NCBI RefSeq assembly: GCF_006345805.1
Contig: NC_043001.1
Location: forward strand, 116,312,001-116,376,000
Length of the DNA: 64,000 nt
Reading direction: 5' to 3'
Source: Octopus sinensis
Taxonomy: Eukaryota
In this document: one piece after another, positions 1-13,622 of the stretch
How positions within the stretch are numbered: position 1 is the stretch's first letter
Layout: every line of letters begins with the position of its first letter
The notes under the pieces: model-generated
Told to the model about the DNA's origin: nothing
Seen by the model: only the letters and a program-made list of their open reading frames with translations
Databases searched by the model: none
Translations under genes and position numbers: made by a program

Positions 1-323
1 TTTCAGGGAGATTTAGCAGCAAAATTTCCAGGAGATTGAGCTTTTAAACACTTATTGATTCATCAAGCACAAAATTTGGTAAGGAATGGTGTGTATACAA
101 CTCCAAATACTGTAAAAAAAAAAACATATTTCCTATGCCCCCAAGGGAACTTTTAAGGTTAGGCCTTAGCTTTGTTAGGCTAAGAGATGGATCTCTGTCT
201 AGAGTAGAGAGAGGGTTCTTGCTTTTAACATTCCTGACAAGTAAGTAAACAAGGCAGCATCTATGTAGCTGTTCAACCCACAAAAAACAGCAAGAAAAAA
301 TCTCCCTCAAGGCACACCCCAAA

Positions 324-469
324 ATGGCTGCGTGGTTAAGAAGTTGGTTTCACGGGTTTCAGGTTCGGTCCCACTGGGTGCTATCTTTGGCTACTGTCTT
401 CTATATTCTCAGACCAACCAATGACTTGTAACAGAATTTGGCAAATGGAAAATATGCAAAGCCCATCAT

Positions 470-470
<1 letters not shown>
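324..470 (+). mobile_element. SINE family A, degenerate 5' head
   Basis: tggctgcgtggttaag...ggttcggtcccactg resembles the A/B-box head of the intact family A copies (e.g. 6369). Confidence 0.6.
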
Positions 471-515
<45 letters not shown>

Positions 516-998
516 ATCTACATTCTGTGATTGCAGGAAAAATTGCTCAGCTTCAGATATTGTTGTTTGTTTTCATTTCTCTATCAATAAATTGTCCACT
601 AACATTGCACTTTCAAAGACAAGTGGAATTCAAAATCCCTCCCTTGAAAAAACAGGTAATGGTCAGTGACAAGAAGGGCATTCATCTGTAAAAACATTTC
701 TAACATGTTTCTGTAACCCATGCTAGCATGGATCAAACAAGACTATGAGCTAAGTTTTCCATAGTTGGATGCCTTTCCTGTTGTTAACCTTCACCTGTTG
801 CCAAGCAAAGTAAAAATACCCCAGTTTACTAAATAACAAACAGCCCAGACATGGTTACACAGAGAACTAGAAACAAATGGCAACGTTTGAATGAGCCTTT
901 TGTTCACAACCAGCAGATGTGCATGAAAACAAGCGGAAATACAAATTCACCTACATAAACACACTGTGTGTGCATGTGCATACACATACACTTATGTG

Positions 999-1090
<92 letters not shown>

Positions 1091-1102
1091 TATATATACA
1101 TA

Positions 1103-1320
1103 TCATCATCATTTAACATCCATGTTCCATATTAGCAATGGGTTCGACAAGGATATGACGGGTCCAAGGACTGCATTATGCCCCAGAGTCTGCTTTAGCA
1201 TAATTTCTATGGCTGGATACCTTTCCTAACACCAACCAATTTACAGTGTGTAATGGGTGCTATTTTTCATGCCACTGGCACCATTGAGGTTGCCATGCAG
1301 CTTACAAGTCTACAAAACAT
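1103..1320 (-). mobile_element. Family C (RTE-tailed repeat), degenerate
   Basis: catcatcatttaacatccatgttccat...ggctggatacctttcctaacaccaacca matches the reverse complement of the 25601 copy. Confidence 0.65.
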
Positions 1321-2274
1321 GAGGGATGGGTTTTGGGGTGCATCCCTATAATAGACAGGGGCTAAGGTATGAGAAAGGGTTGGGGTAGTCCAGGTTCATA
1401 TATGACACATGTCTTCAGTATCCATCTACCAATTTCACACACAAGATACTTGTCAGCTGGGTCTTGTACTATGTCCACAGAGTTACCATGTTTATGCAAT
1501 GGAACCAAACCAACCTCCTATGTGGTTCTAAAGCAAACGTCTTAATCACACAGCCATTCCATCAATACATTAAACAATATAGTCTAATAAAGCAGAATGG
1601 CCACAGATGGAATGCATTTGACCAGCCGTCTCAATGATCAAGGTTAACCTGGGGTCGAACAACAACTTGACTACTCAGAATAGGTGAAGATTTAACTTAC
1701 TCTGTTCACAGCACTGTACACTCGATAAGATAGTTGTTGTTGGTGGTGGTGTTGTCAGTCAACTTCCCCTACCCCCACCCCTGCTCCACTTATAAACCTT
1801 CAACCATCTTTAAACCATCCCAAAACATCCCCCAAGACCTAATCTACAATCAGAAACCTTTGGAGGTTGATAAAAATACACAAATCCAATGTGGTGGATT
1901 GGCGGAACAGTAAGAATGTCAAACTAGATATCTCACTATCTGCTCCAAGTTCAAATTCAACTGTAGCTCTACTTGCATCGTATACCTAATGCATCACTTG
2001 GTTTAACAGCATCCATTTGGCACTTTAGGTGCTTTGAGCAGAATTCACTCTGTTGCAAGCAATCAGGCCAGTTTTCCAGTTAGAGGATACCTTTCTCTCT
2101 GTTCCCCAACTAATCTTAGAGACCCAGTAAAGAGTCATGGGTACTGCCTTCCTTCTGGATTATAAAAAAAGCTCTTAATTATGAGTTCAAACCATGTCAT
2201 AGTTCACTTTAACAGCCAAATCTTGCTCAAGACACACTACATTAGTAATCTACTCCTGGTTTTATATATATTCT

Positions 2275-2635
2275 TTTATTCTTTTATTCTTTTACTTGTT
2301 TCAGTCATTTGACTGCGGCCATGCTGGAGCACCGCCTTTAATCGAGCAACTCGACCCCGGGACTTATTCTTTTGCAAGCCCAGTACTTAAACACATCAGC
2401 ATCGGTTGTCAAGCAATGCTAGGAGGACAAACACAGATACAAACACACACACACACATATATATATACATATATACAACGGGCTTCTTTCAGTTTCTGTC
2501 TACCAAATCCACTCACAAGGCTTTGGCCAGCCTGAGGCTATAGTAGAAGACACTTGCCCAAGGTGTCACGCAGTGGGACTGAACCCAGAACCATGTGGTT
2601 GGTAAACAAGCTACCTACCACACAGCCACTCCTGC
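2275..2635 (-). mobile_element. SINE family A, full length
   Basis: Reverse complement starts gcaggagtggctgtgtggtag, has an internal TA/TG microsatellite and ends in a (taaaagaa)n tail; collinear with 6369 and 20960. Confidence 0.92.
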
Positions 2636-2839
2636 GCTTATGTATATATATATTGGGGGAAAGACAGGAAGAAGGAAATGGAGAACAAATGGATCTAACT
2701 ACTAATTTATTTGTGTGTCATAAAAAGGTGACATTTAAGAAAAATAACAGTACTACAAATAAATTGATTAGAAGTTGAAAGCCCAAAGAAAAATAAATCA
2801 AAAGAAAAAAGAAAAAGAACCTACATATATTGCCTGTCC

Positions 2840-3296
2840 CCTAATATTGATAATTTCAATAATCCTGCAGGAGTGGCTGATTGGGAGGGGCCAAAAGCGG
2901 TTTTGACACTATGGATCCAATCAGCCGCTAAAGATCTGGTATTTCCAGATTTTCTGAAAATGGCCGATTGCAGGTACCCAGTGATACTTGAGGGACGCTG
3001 CTCACCAAGTGTCACCTGTGCCTGGAATCGGGCCATATTAAGGAGGACTGTTCTCAGGAGCAAAGTAGGGTCCTGGAGCAGTTAATAAAAGTAGTGCGAC
3101 ACCCTCCTCCATTGGAGGGAGAAATGGAGGCAGTCGAGGAGATGGAGACCTCTTTGAAGAAAGGAGAAAAAAGGAAGAAGGTGGGCAACAATGGTTTCCC
3201 ACTGAAGGACCCCACCGCTGCGGAAGGGAAGGAAGACCTTCTGGATAAAGCGGAGGAACTACACCCTCCTGTAGCACAAGGGAGGAAAGAAAGAAA
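2840..3296 (+). pseudogene. Gag-like ORF1 remnant of an L1/Tx1-type LINE with a CCHC zinc knuckle
   Basis: 3010-3051 reads CHLCLESGHIKEDC (C-X2-C-X4-H-X4-C), in frame with ORF 3094-3435; preceded across one frameshift by YPVILEGR; followed by an E/K-rich tail. Confidence 0.8.
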
Positions 3297-3568
3297 AAAG
3301 CCCATCGTATATGTGTGTTTGTGTGTGTTAGTGTGTGTGTGTGCACGTGTGAGTGTACATGTGTGTCTGTGTGTTTATGTTCATCCTCCCCACCATCACT
3401 TTTCAACCGATGCCAGTATGTTTACATTCCCGTAACTTATCAGTTTGGCAAAAGAGAATAAGTACTAGGCATACAAAGAATAAGTCTTTGGGTCGATTTG
3501 TTCGACTAAAGGCAGTGCTCCAGCATGGCTATAGTCAAATGACTGAAACAAGTAAAAGAATAAAAGAA
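3297..3568 (+). mobile_element. SINE family A, 3' half
   Basis: aaagcccatcgtatatgtg...gactgaaacaagtaaaagaataaaagaa. Confidence 0.85.
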
Positions 3569-3667
3569 TATACCATCATATGTATATGGATTAAACCAGT
3601 TAATACCTTGGATTATATAATCCCTAAAGAGGATATAACTTCCTCAAACTAGCTATATATATATATA

Positions 3668-3967
3668 TTCTTTTACTCTTTTATTTTTTTCAGTCATTTG
3701 ACTGTGGCCATGCTGGGGCACCGCCTTTAGTCAAACAAATCAAACCCCAGGACTTATTCTTTGTAAGCCTAGTACTTATTTTATCACTCTTTTTGTGCTG
3801 AACCGCTAAGTTACAAGGACATAAACACACCAACATCAGTTGTCAAGCAATGGTGGGGGGACAAATAGACACACAAACACATATATGTATATATATAACA
3901 GGCTTCTTTCAGTTTCCATCTACCAAATCCACTCACAAGGCTTTGGTTGTCCCGAGGCTATGGTAGA

Positions 3968-3969
<2 letters not shown>
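3668..3969 (-). mobile_element. SINE family A, 5'-truncated
   Basis: Tail and body match the family; the head is replaced by (TA)n. Confidence 0.88.
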
Positions 3970-4009
<40 letters not shown>

Positions 4010-4169
4010 CTACAAAATTAGAGAATGGAGAAACATACTTAAATCAATAAAACATCAACTATCAGATGATACCCAATCAATACTTTAATACACCATTACC
4101 TATCTGGCAGTATATTGGATATATATTATCCCATGGTGGGTTGAATTTTCAACCCCTATCTCATTTTAT

Positions 4170-4205
<36 letters not shown>

Positions 4206-5052
4206 ACAGACAAGAAAGTAAACTTCAAATGGAGTATAGCTGTGAAAACAGTGGAAAGATTGGGTATTTTACATTATAAGATGGAAAAAAGTTGCCAACA
4301 GATGACTACAGGACTCAGACCCACACATCTGCCTCACCAAATTCTATCTGACCCATGCAAGCTTGAAAAAATAAATATTAAAATGAAGGTGGTGATGTAT
4401 ATATGTACAGACAAACAGTATTCTCTCTCTCTCTCTCTCTCTGTGAGTGAGTGAGTGAGTATAGCTGACAGGCTTCTGTACAGTTTCCACCTACCAAATT
4501 CACTCACAAGGCAATTAGTCAGCCAGGACTATAGTAAAAGACACTCACCTAAGGTGACACACAATGAGACTAAACCTGAAACCACATAGTTGTGAGGCAA
4601 ACTTCTTAACTACAGAGCCATGCCTTTGTGTATATATGTGCATGTGGCATTTTCATATGGGCCTGTGTATTTGTGTACCATTGTTTATATATGCATAGGT
4701 ATTACTCTTTTTATCTATGTATGTGTGAGTGTAGATACGTCTGTGTATAACTGTTTGTGTATGTTTATATCTTTCCAATCAAACTGAAGTGTGAGTAGAA
4801 GAAATATTGAAAGTAAATTTAATTTTCTAGAAAGTTTTTGAATCCGTAAGAAAGAGAAGGCTTCATCTATATTTGCTGTGTGAAGCAGAAAAGTAGTCAG
4901 AGATAGAGGAAAGAACACGAAGCAGGGAGAGAGGTGGAAAGAGAGAAAGATTTGGAAATTAGAAGAGAATGAATATGAAAGGTGGAGGAAACACTGAGTT
5001 AAGGAAGAGAAAAAAATATGGACAGACAGCCATACAGACAAACACACAAATG

Positions 5053-5091
5053 GATAGATAGAGAGACAGGTAGACATACAAACAGATAGAC

Positions 5092-5148
<57 letters not shown>

Positions 5149-5239
5149 TGATAGATAGATGGATGGATGGATGATGGATGATGGATGGATGGAGATGGAT
5201 GGATGGATGGATGGATGATGGATATGGAGATGGATGATG

Positions 5240-5279
<40 letters not shown>

Positions 5280-5280
5280 T

Positions 5281-5318
<38 letters not shown>

Positions 5319-5319
5319 C

Positions 5320-5370
<51 letters not shown>

Positions 5371-5447
5371 TAAGACAGATAGATGAATGGATGGATGGAT
5401 GGATGGATGGATGGATGGATGGATGGATAGGTAGGTAGGTAGGTAAG

Positions 5448-5481
<34 letters not shown>
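5053..5481. repeat. Compound (GATA)n/(GATG)n/(GACA)n microsatellite
   Basis: Read directly. Confidence 0.97.
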
Positions 5482-5482
<1 letters not shown>

Positions 5483-5579
5483 CTAACAAATGAAAGAACG
5501 GATGGACTGAGAAAAAGATTTAGGGGCTGGGATTATATCATCAACGTCCGTTTTCCATGTTGGCATGGGTTGGACGGTG

Positions 5580-5623
<44 letters not shown>

Positions 5624-6368
5624 GAAGAAGTGTAAGGGAGTATGCTAATACAAACATTTAGAATAGAGACATAGTTTGATGGAGAGTTGAAATGAGAGAA
5701 AAAGAGACAAGCTAATAATGATGGTTACACAAGTCTGTGTGTGTATGTATTCATGTGTGTGTATATATACAGGAGTAACTCAGAGGCTTTAAATTTCGTG
5801 TTTAACATGTCTTAAACTTGAGAATTTTGAAAGAAATATATGAATGTTTGTGTGTGTGTGTGATAGGTAGATCAGGAAAACACTGCTACAGGTACCCCTA
5901 ACTATCTGTCTCATGTTCGGGTGGGTAGTTGGTATGAAACCAGCACCCCCAGCTGGCTTGCCAGGTGAGGAGTGGGTTGTAGACACTTTGCAGGACTAAA
6001 ACCAAGACCCGTCAAAGGACGGGTGAGCTTTTGTGACCCAACGACACCCACATGGGTGGGGTTTTGTTAAAAACACCCTGCACGTGGGCTATAAACAGTG
6101 CATTTCAACTGGTTCAAGACATAGCCAAAAATCTCCGATGGGAGACATACATGGAGTCAACGTCCTCAAATGATGTTGCATAGAGCTAGGAAATGTGCAT
6201 GAGAGAGGTTGCAATATTTTGTAAACAACAATTTAAGAAACCAAGTTGTTGATTTTGTGTTTTTGACAAATGAAATAAATTAAACAAAAAAATATTTACT
6301 GATTTTGGATAAATAATATTATTGCGAAACACAGGTACTGTGTGTGTGTGTGTACATTATATACATAG

Positions 6369-6768
6369 GCAGGAGTGGCTGTGTGTAAGTAGCTTGTTTA
6401 CCAACCACACAGTTCCTGGTTCAGTCCCACTGCATGGCACCTTGGGCAAGTGTCTTCTACTATAGCCTCGGGCCGACCAAAGCCTTGTGAGTGGATTTGG
6501 TAGACGGAAACTGAAAGAAGCCTGTCATATATGTATATGTATATATGTGTGTGTGTGTTTGCGTGTCTGTGTTTGTCCCCCTAGCATTGCTTGACAACCG
6601 ATGCTGGTGTCTTTATGTCCCCGTTACTTAGCAGTTCGGCAAAAGAGACCGATAGAATAAGTACTGGGCTTACAAAAGAATAAGTCCCAGGGTCGAATTG
6701 CTCGATTAAAGGCGGTGCTCCAGCATGGCCACAGTCATATGAGTGAAACAAGTAAAAGAGTAAAAGAG
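6369..6768 (+). mobile_element. SINE family A, full length
   Basis: gcaggagtggctgtgtg head, ggttcagtccc B-box-like motif, gcaccttgggcaagtgtc core-like segment, (gtaaaaga)n tail. Confidence 0.93.
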
Positions 6769-7184
6769 TATATATACATACACATACACACAAACATATA
6801 CATACACATACATATATATACACATAAATATATATATACACATAAATATATAGATACACATACATATACACATAAATATACACACATACATACATACATA
6901 CATACATACATACATACATACATACATACATACATACATACATACAATCCTGAGTGCATGTTTATGCGTATATATGAGATAGCATGTAAGTGCAAGCATT
7001 TGTGTACTTATATATTTGCCATGTGTGTGTTGTGTGTGTTGTGTGTGTGTGTGTGTGTGTGTGAGTGTGTGAGTGTGTGTGAAGCATTTTTATTGTTTCA
7101 TACTTCATAATCTCCCCAATAAAAAAAATAGAAAATAAATAAATTGAAATCAAAAAAATTATCATCATCATCATTATTATTTTA

Positions 7185-7215
<31 letters not shown>

Positions 7216-7260
7216 CATTATTATTATTATTATTATCATTAATTTAAATTCCATACTCAC

Positions 7261-7352
7261 TGAAGATATGTATCTGTGTTTCCATTGCCAACTTCCACGT
7301 TCTTGCGAATAAATATCAACAAATCATCAGAACTGTTGGTTCCACCTAATCC
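7261..7352 (-). CDS. Candidate 92-nt internal coding exon of an unidentified host gene
   Basis: TAG acceptor, canonical GTGAGT donor (7260-7255), only one open frame: GLGGTNSSDDLLIFIRKNVEVGNGNTDTYL. Confidence 0.35.
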
Positions 7353-7568
7353 CTACACAACAAACTGCCCCCCACCAAAATAGCTGGTACCCCCACCCCC
7401 AAAATAAAAAGACAAAATTTCCTCACAGACACTACAACAAATTCTTCTCAGAACTTTGAATTCTTAAAATTAAAAAAAAAAAAAAATTTACTAGTGAAAG
7501 AAAGCTAACAGAAAATAATTAAAACCTACCCCTCCTACCACCACCACGACTGAATGATTAATTATATA

Positions 7569-7611
<43 letters not shown>

Positions 7612-8366
7612 TTCTGTATATTTTCTGCTATGATTTGTAGTGTTTTGTCTTTTTACTTATTGCTTTTTCTTTTTTGTTTACAATTTCTTTTGTTAGCAAT
7701 GAATGAAATTCTTTGCGATTATTCAAGTAGAGGAACGAAGGGAACAATTCATTTCTTTCAATAGATGGAGCAGGAATTTGGTGGGCAGGTGTGGTGAAGC
7801 AGATCAGGTATTGTTACGCCTATTATCATTATTATGGTCATTGTTAATCACAATAATAATAATGATATTAACAGGTTAGGAGGGGAAAGAATATCTATTG
7901 CCTAAACAATATGAAAAGGTGTAGACAGAAAATTTTAGGGTCCTCACTTCACATTAGGATCTTGACTTGATCAAGGAGGGAGAGTGAGAGAGAGAGAGAG
8001 AGAGAAAAAGTATGGGGTCGGGTAACTAATGCACACACATGTATAAGAGCACACAAATACACATAAAAAACGGTAGGGTGTGGGGCACAAAAAGTCTAAT
8101 AGAAATGTAATCGGGGTTCAAAGGGTGGAGGGAAGAGAGTGATTATGTCAGTGGTAGGAATGGGTAGTCAGAGTAGGGTGGGTGGGTGGGAGCGTGTAGT
8201 GAATTAGAACAGAATTATTCAGTGGAATTCCTCAATGATTCCTAGCCGAAGTGGGCTCGCTGTTGGAACACTGTATATGAATCAATACATAGAACTAGGA
8301 ATGAAGAATTCTTTCAGAAAACTCCAAGTGAGAGACGGAGAAAGAGACAGAAAATGAAAAGAAAAG

Positions 8367-8370
<4 letters not shown>

Positions 8371-8402
<32 letters not shown>

Positions 8403-8670
8403 AAGAAAGAGAAAAGTGACTGACTACATTGAAAATTGGTTGTGGTGGTGATGGTGGTGGTGGTGGTGGTGGTGGTGGTGGTGGTAGTTTTGTTGTGATG
8501 TGGGGGATGAGTGGAACTGGAGAATGAGAGAGAGAGAGAGAGAAAAAGATGGTAAATAAATGATGGAGGTGTGTAAGATGCAGTGATGTGTGCAATAATG
8601 GTGGTTGCAGTGGTAGTGTTAGCTTGAAGAGAGAGGTGCTAGTACAAGTTGATGCAAGGTAATAATAATG

Positions 8671-8702
<32 letters not shown>

Positions 8703-8915
8703 AGTGGTGGTAGTGGTAGTAGTGGTGGCAGCATTATTTGATGTAGTTGTGATATAGGTGGTGGTTCAGAAGATTGTGGAGGTGTTGTGGTGGTGGTGTT
8801 GTTGTTGTTGTTGTTGTGGTGGTGGTGGTGGTGACGATGGTGGTGGTGCAGGAAAGGAGGAAAAGAGTCTGAGGAATCAACTAAAAGGGTGCATCTATTA
8901 TTTTGGGTTAGTCAG

Positions 8916-8974
<59 letters not shown>

Positions 8975-9203
8975 GAATAGATGGGGGTGTATAATAAATA
9001 ATTAAGAAGTGAGTTGGGCAGGGGTAAAATAGGAAAGGGTAAAGTTAAGAAGAAGAAGAAGAAGAGGAAGAAGGAGAAGAAGAAGAAGAAGTGGAGGAGG
9101 GGAGGAGGAGGAGGAGCAATTTGGTACAAATTAAAGAAAAAGAGAGCTAATAGAGAGCAATAACGGTATAAAAAGAAAGACAAAGATAGATAGACAGATA
9201 GAC

Positions 9204-9243
<40 letters not shown>

Positions 9244-9295
9244 GGGAAGAGAGAGTAAAAGAGAAAGTGAAAAAATAAATCAGAGCAAGATGTGT

Positions 9296-9326
<31 letters not shown>
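8371..9326. repeat. Low-complexity block: (GA)n, (GGT)n, (GTT)n, (GT)n, (GAA)n, (GATA)n
   Basis: Read directly. Confidence 0.95.
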
Positions 9327-10029
9327 AGGGGGGGTTTAGGAGTGCCACATCAAACTAATTCTGCTGTAATCACTGCAGAAATGAACAAGTGACTATTGTA
9401 ATATAATTGCTGTTACTAATTCTTCTTCTTCTTCTTCTTCGTCTCCTTTTAATACTATTATTTTATGGCTGACTTTTCAACTAGTTTATGTGTGTATGTG
9501 TGATAGCAACTGATATATAAATTAAAAAAATATATAAAAAGACTAACAGGAGGAGTTAGTAGACACCCACAGCCAAATTTACGGTAGTTTTATAAAAGAA
9601 TAGATCTTTACCAAATTAAATTGGATGGTGGGGGGTTCTTGATCCATAATCTGAAAATGATAACTTAGCTTAATTTTGTGGTTGTTAGATTTATGAAATG
9701 GGTGAGTGGGATATTTCTGTCGCTTTACTCTTTTTAGCTGTTTCAGTCTTTGGACTTTGGCTGTGTTGGGGCTACTTTTTTGAAGGGGTTTTAAGTGATT
9801 GATCATATCAATCTGGGTACTTATTTTCAAGGCTGATACTTTTAGCAGTCTCTATTTGTTGCACTATTAAGTTACAGGACATGAAAACACTTTTTTTTTT
9901 TGTGGTTAAGCTTTATCTTTTCACACACACACACACACACTCACACACACACATAAAAACTGGTATTTAATCGTTGATAGACATGCCCCAGTCTCTGCTT
10001 TCCGTGCTGCTAGAGTAATGGTGTTTGTT

Positions 10030-10270
10030 CTTCAGATCAAGCTGGTCTTCTACAACCCACACTCAAGCACTCTTGAACTTATTTGCCTTGCTCTTCTCTC
10101 ATTACCCACGTTGTGTCCAATTCCAACAGATTCCACTCTAACAATGCTAATCTTTCCTCCCCATAATAATAAACTCTCTGGAACCCACTCCTTATCCATG
10201 TCTTTTCTGTAGGTGTCAACTTGCAGTAGTTTAGGCAGAACATTAAGGACATAGATCTCACTGGCCTTGG
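10030..10270 (+). mobile_element. Decayed CR1-like LINE ORF2 C-terminus
   Basis: Reads LWNPLLIHVFSVGVNLQ*FRQNIKDIDL, resembling the SFFP...LWNxLP...F...NL..FK end of CR1-group ORF2. Confidence 0.5.
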
Positions 10271-10674
10271 AGGGCCTGTGAAGGCCTAGCAAGTAAGACA
10301 CACACACATATGCATGCACATGTGCACATACCCACATAGGCACACACACATGCATGCACACACACACACACACACAAACACACACTCTCTCTCTCTCACA
10401 CACTTATATCATTTGTTCATTGCTTTTGCACTGGTTTTCCTATGATAGCTAGCATGACTTAGATGGATATATATATATATATTAGTGAAGTATTGATTTA
10501 CAGCCAGATGCTCTTCCTGTCATTAACTCTTACTTGTTATTCAAGTAAGGGAGTTTTCATTCCATAAGTGTTTGAAATCAGATGACTGGCTGTCCTCGGA
10601 AGTGTCATCATATGACAATGTCTATAACTCAGCACAGCACAGAATGTGAATATTCACATGTTTGTACACATGCA

Positions 10675-10730
<56 letters not shown>

Positions 10731-12271
10731 GCTTTGCAAAATCATGGTTTCAGGTTCAGTCCCACAGTGCACTACTTTGGGAAGGTGTCAATGGGTTCAC
10801 CAAAGCTTTGTGAGTGAATTTGGTTGAGTGAAACTGTAAGAAACTGTGTGTTTGCAGGCGTGTTTACATGTGTGTGTGTGTGTGTGTGTGGTTGTACACG
10901 CACATACATATTTCTGTGCGTATGTGTGCGCCTGTGCATTTATTCGTGTGAATATTAATATTTGACAGGTTCACTCGTCACTGTTTGAGGAAATTGGTGA
11001 TGAAGTTTGTTTCTTGTTGACATTCTAAGTAGTTGCTATGCACTTGCAAAAAATACCTTGCTTGGAAATCAGGTGACGATTAGCAACAGGGACGTCAATT
11101 AACTTCCACTCGATAGAATAAAATTAACACTTATATACCAAATATATACACAAACAACAAGCTTTTTCACAGTTCACAACTGGCAATTTCACTCACAAGG
11201 TATTGGCCAGAGAAGAAAGCACTCATCCAAGATGCCATGCAGTGAGATTGAACCTGAAATCATGTGATTATAAAGCAAACTTTTTAACCAAGCAGCCATG
11301 CTAGTATCTGTTTATAGTCATATTTATTTTTATTTATTTTACTTATATTTATTTATTTTGCCTTTATTACACTCATTATCAATCATTTATATTCACTGCA
11401 AGAATAAGCCAATGTAAGAGAAAGCAGCCTAATCTCCCTAAAATCACATATAATCCAGCTTAAAAGAAAAACAAATGGAAGGACATATTAGAGAATGTAG
11501 TCCTAGATACACGACAACAATGGGAATAAAGCCTTTAGTTATATCTCTACTTTATCGGGGTTGACCTAAGGTCAAAATAAACAACAACAACTACTACTAC
11601 AGTTAGTAACACTTGTAATCCTGTCATCATTGATGACATAACTGTGACAACTTACAACATCATCATCATCATCATTAATAACAACATTACCATCACTATA
11701 ACTATTATCATAACAAAATCATTATATGCAAATACATGGAAGTTCATAGGACAATTCGATGAATTCATTCATATAAATAGACAGGTAGAATGTCAAGTTT
11801 CAAGGCCTTTACCTTCAATCTGGAAATGACAAAGAAAGATACAGAATTTGTGGTGGAACCAGTTAGAGGCAAAATGTTGCATCCCTGCCACACATACACC
11901 TCAAGGCAAATTTTAAAAAAAGGGTTGTTTATTTTGCTGTGTGCATGATTCACTATCTTAACTTCTGTGAGTTTACCCCAAATTACACTGCCCCTCCAGC
12001 TGGCAGTATTAATCTTGAATCCATCCCTGAAAGTGGTATTATTGAGCAGATCAAAGTCAAGCAATCTGTAGGCAAGTAAATGGTTTACTTGCCTACAATG
12101 CAAGCAATAAGGACATTGCTTTTTTCTCTGTCACTCCATCTCAGATATAGCTTGGAATTTAAGATTCTTCACAGGACCTCAGAGAAAAATTTGGTAAAGT
12201 GGAACAGGACTGGCTTTAGACCCTACAAGTGATGAAATCTTAAAATTCAAGGAAACTGAGTTTTTATTTTT

Positions 12272-12497
12272 TAACCCTTTCGTTACTGTATTTATTTTGA
12301 GATGTTCTGTGTTTCTTTCAATTACTTTAAATATAACATAGAATTTAGTAAAATAACTTAGTTATCATTCAGCTAGTGTTAGGAACATAAATTGTGACTC
12401 AGGTTTGGTGGAAGATTTTTATTCAGAACTTATGAAACCAAGACATTTGTACTCAGAGCCAGAGGTGGTTTCAGCCGGGTTGGTAACAAAAGGGTTA
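12272..12497. mobile_element. MITE with piggyBac-like TTAA/CCCTT termini
   Basis: TIR taaccctttcgttac / gtaacaaaagggtta (14/15 match). Confidence 0.8.
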
Positions 12498-12624
12498 CGT
12501 AGACAGTTACAAGCCTCTCTTAGGTTTGCCAGGCCCTAGACTGATACATCAGTTAAACCACTTCCTTCCTATACACACATATATACACATACATCTATAT
12601 ACGTCTATAAGTACACATATACCT

Positions 12625-12847
12625 ATTTCTTTATTACCCACAAGGGGCTAAACATGGAGGGGACAAACAAGGACAGACATAGGTATTAAGTCGATTACAT
12701 CGACCCCAGTGCGTAACTGGTACTTAATTTATCAACCCCGAAAGGATGAAGGGCAAAGTTGACCCCGGCGAAATTTGAACTCACAACGTAACAGCAGATG
12801 AAAGCATTTCGCCCGGCATGCTAACGTTTCTGCCAGCTCGCTGCCTT
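12625..12847 (-). mobile_element. SINE family B monomer with 14-bp TSD
   Basis: TSD gtacacatatacct at 12611-12624 and 12848-12861; tRNA-like head ggcagcgagctggcagaa...gagttcaaatt. Confidence 0.93.
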
Positions 12848-13387
12848 GTACACATATACCTGTAAACACATACACACCTTTTCATGCACATTCATATACA
12901 TATATGCACATACAAGTATAGCTATATACAGATACAAACTCACATACATAAACACACATTTATGTATACATCTTTATACATACACATGTCCTAGCTTTGT
13001 TACTCTTCCTTACGACTGATCTTATCCAGCTATCCTATGAACAGATACTATAGACTACCATTGGTTTTCTGAGGTTCAGGATTTTGCTGCAAATGAACAC
13101 AGGCTTCATATTTGAGTCAACAAGAGATGCCTCTACATGCTCACTCAACCTGCAAATAATAGCAGCCAAATCACCTTCAAATTACTCCTTACTGTCTTAC
13201 AAACAAAAAAAAAAGAAAAGAAAAAATACACTGACTCATTGAATAACGTTGCCTTAGATGCAGTATGTCTGAGGGATCAGGTTGATATGTGACTGCTAGA
13301 ACACCTTTCATCATGGGGCTGCTTAATCAGAGCTAATTTGGATGGCATCTAAATAACAACAACAGCAACTATTATTGCCAACACTGT

Positions 13388-13622
13388 TACCAGTGCTAAC
13401 ACGGCACCATCACATCTGTTAGTCAACATTTCAAACTTCTTACAAGTGTTGATTATCTAACAAGGGAACCAGCAGTATTATCAGTGCTAGCACACTATCA
13501 CACCTGTTAACTAACATTCCAAACCCCTTTACAGGTAATATAAAACAAGGCCTAAAACTTATCAGTGCTATCACACCTGTTAGCTGACATTCCAAACCCT
13601 TTACAGATTATCTAACAAGAGA
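13388..13622. repeat. Three degenerate 80-90 bp tandem units
   Basis: cagtgcta...tcaca(c/t)ctgtta...acatt(c/t)caaac...ttaca recurs at 13391, 13482 and 13563. Confidence 0.8.

Noticed and set aside
10213-10292. Strong acceptor/donor pair on the plus strand
   Set aside because: Stops in all three frames, and it lies within a CR1-like remnant
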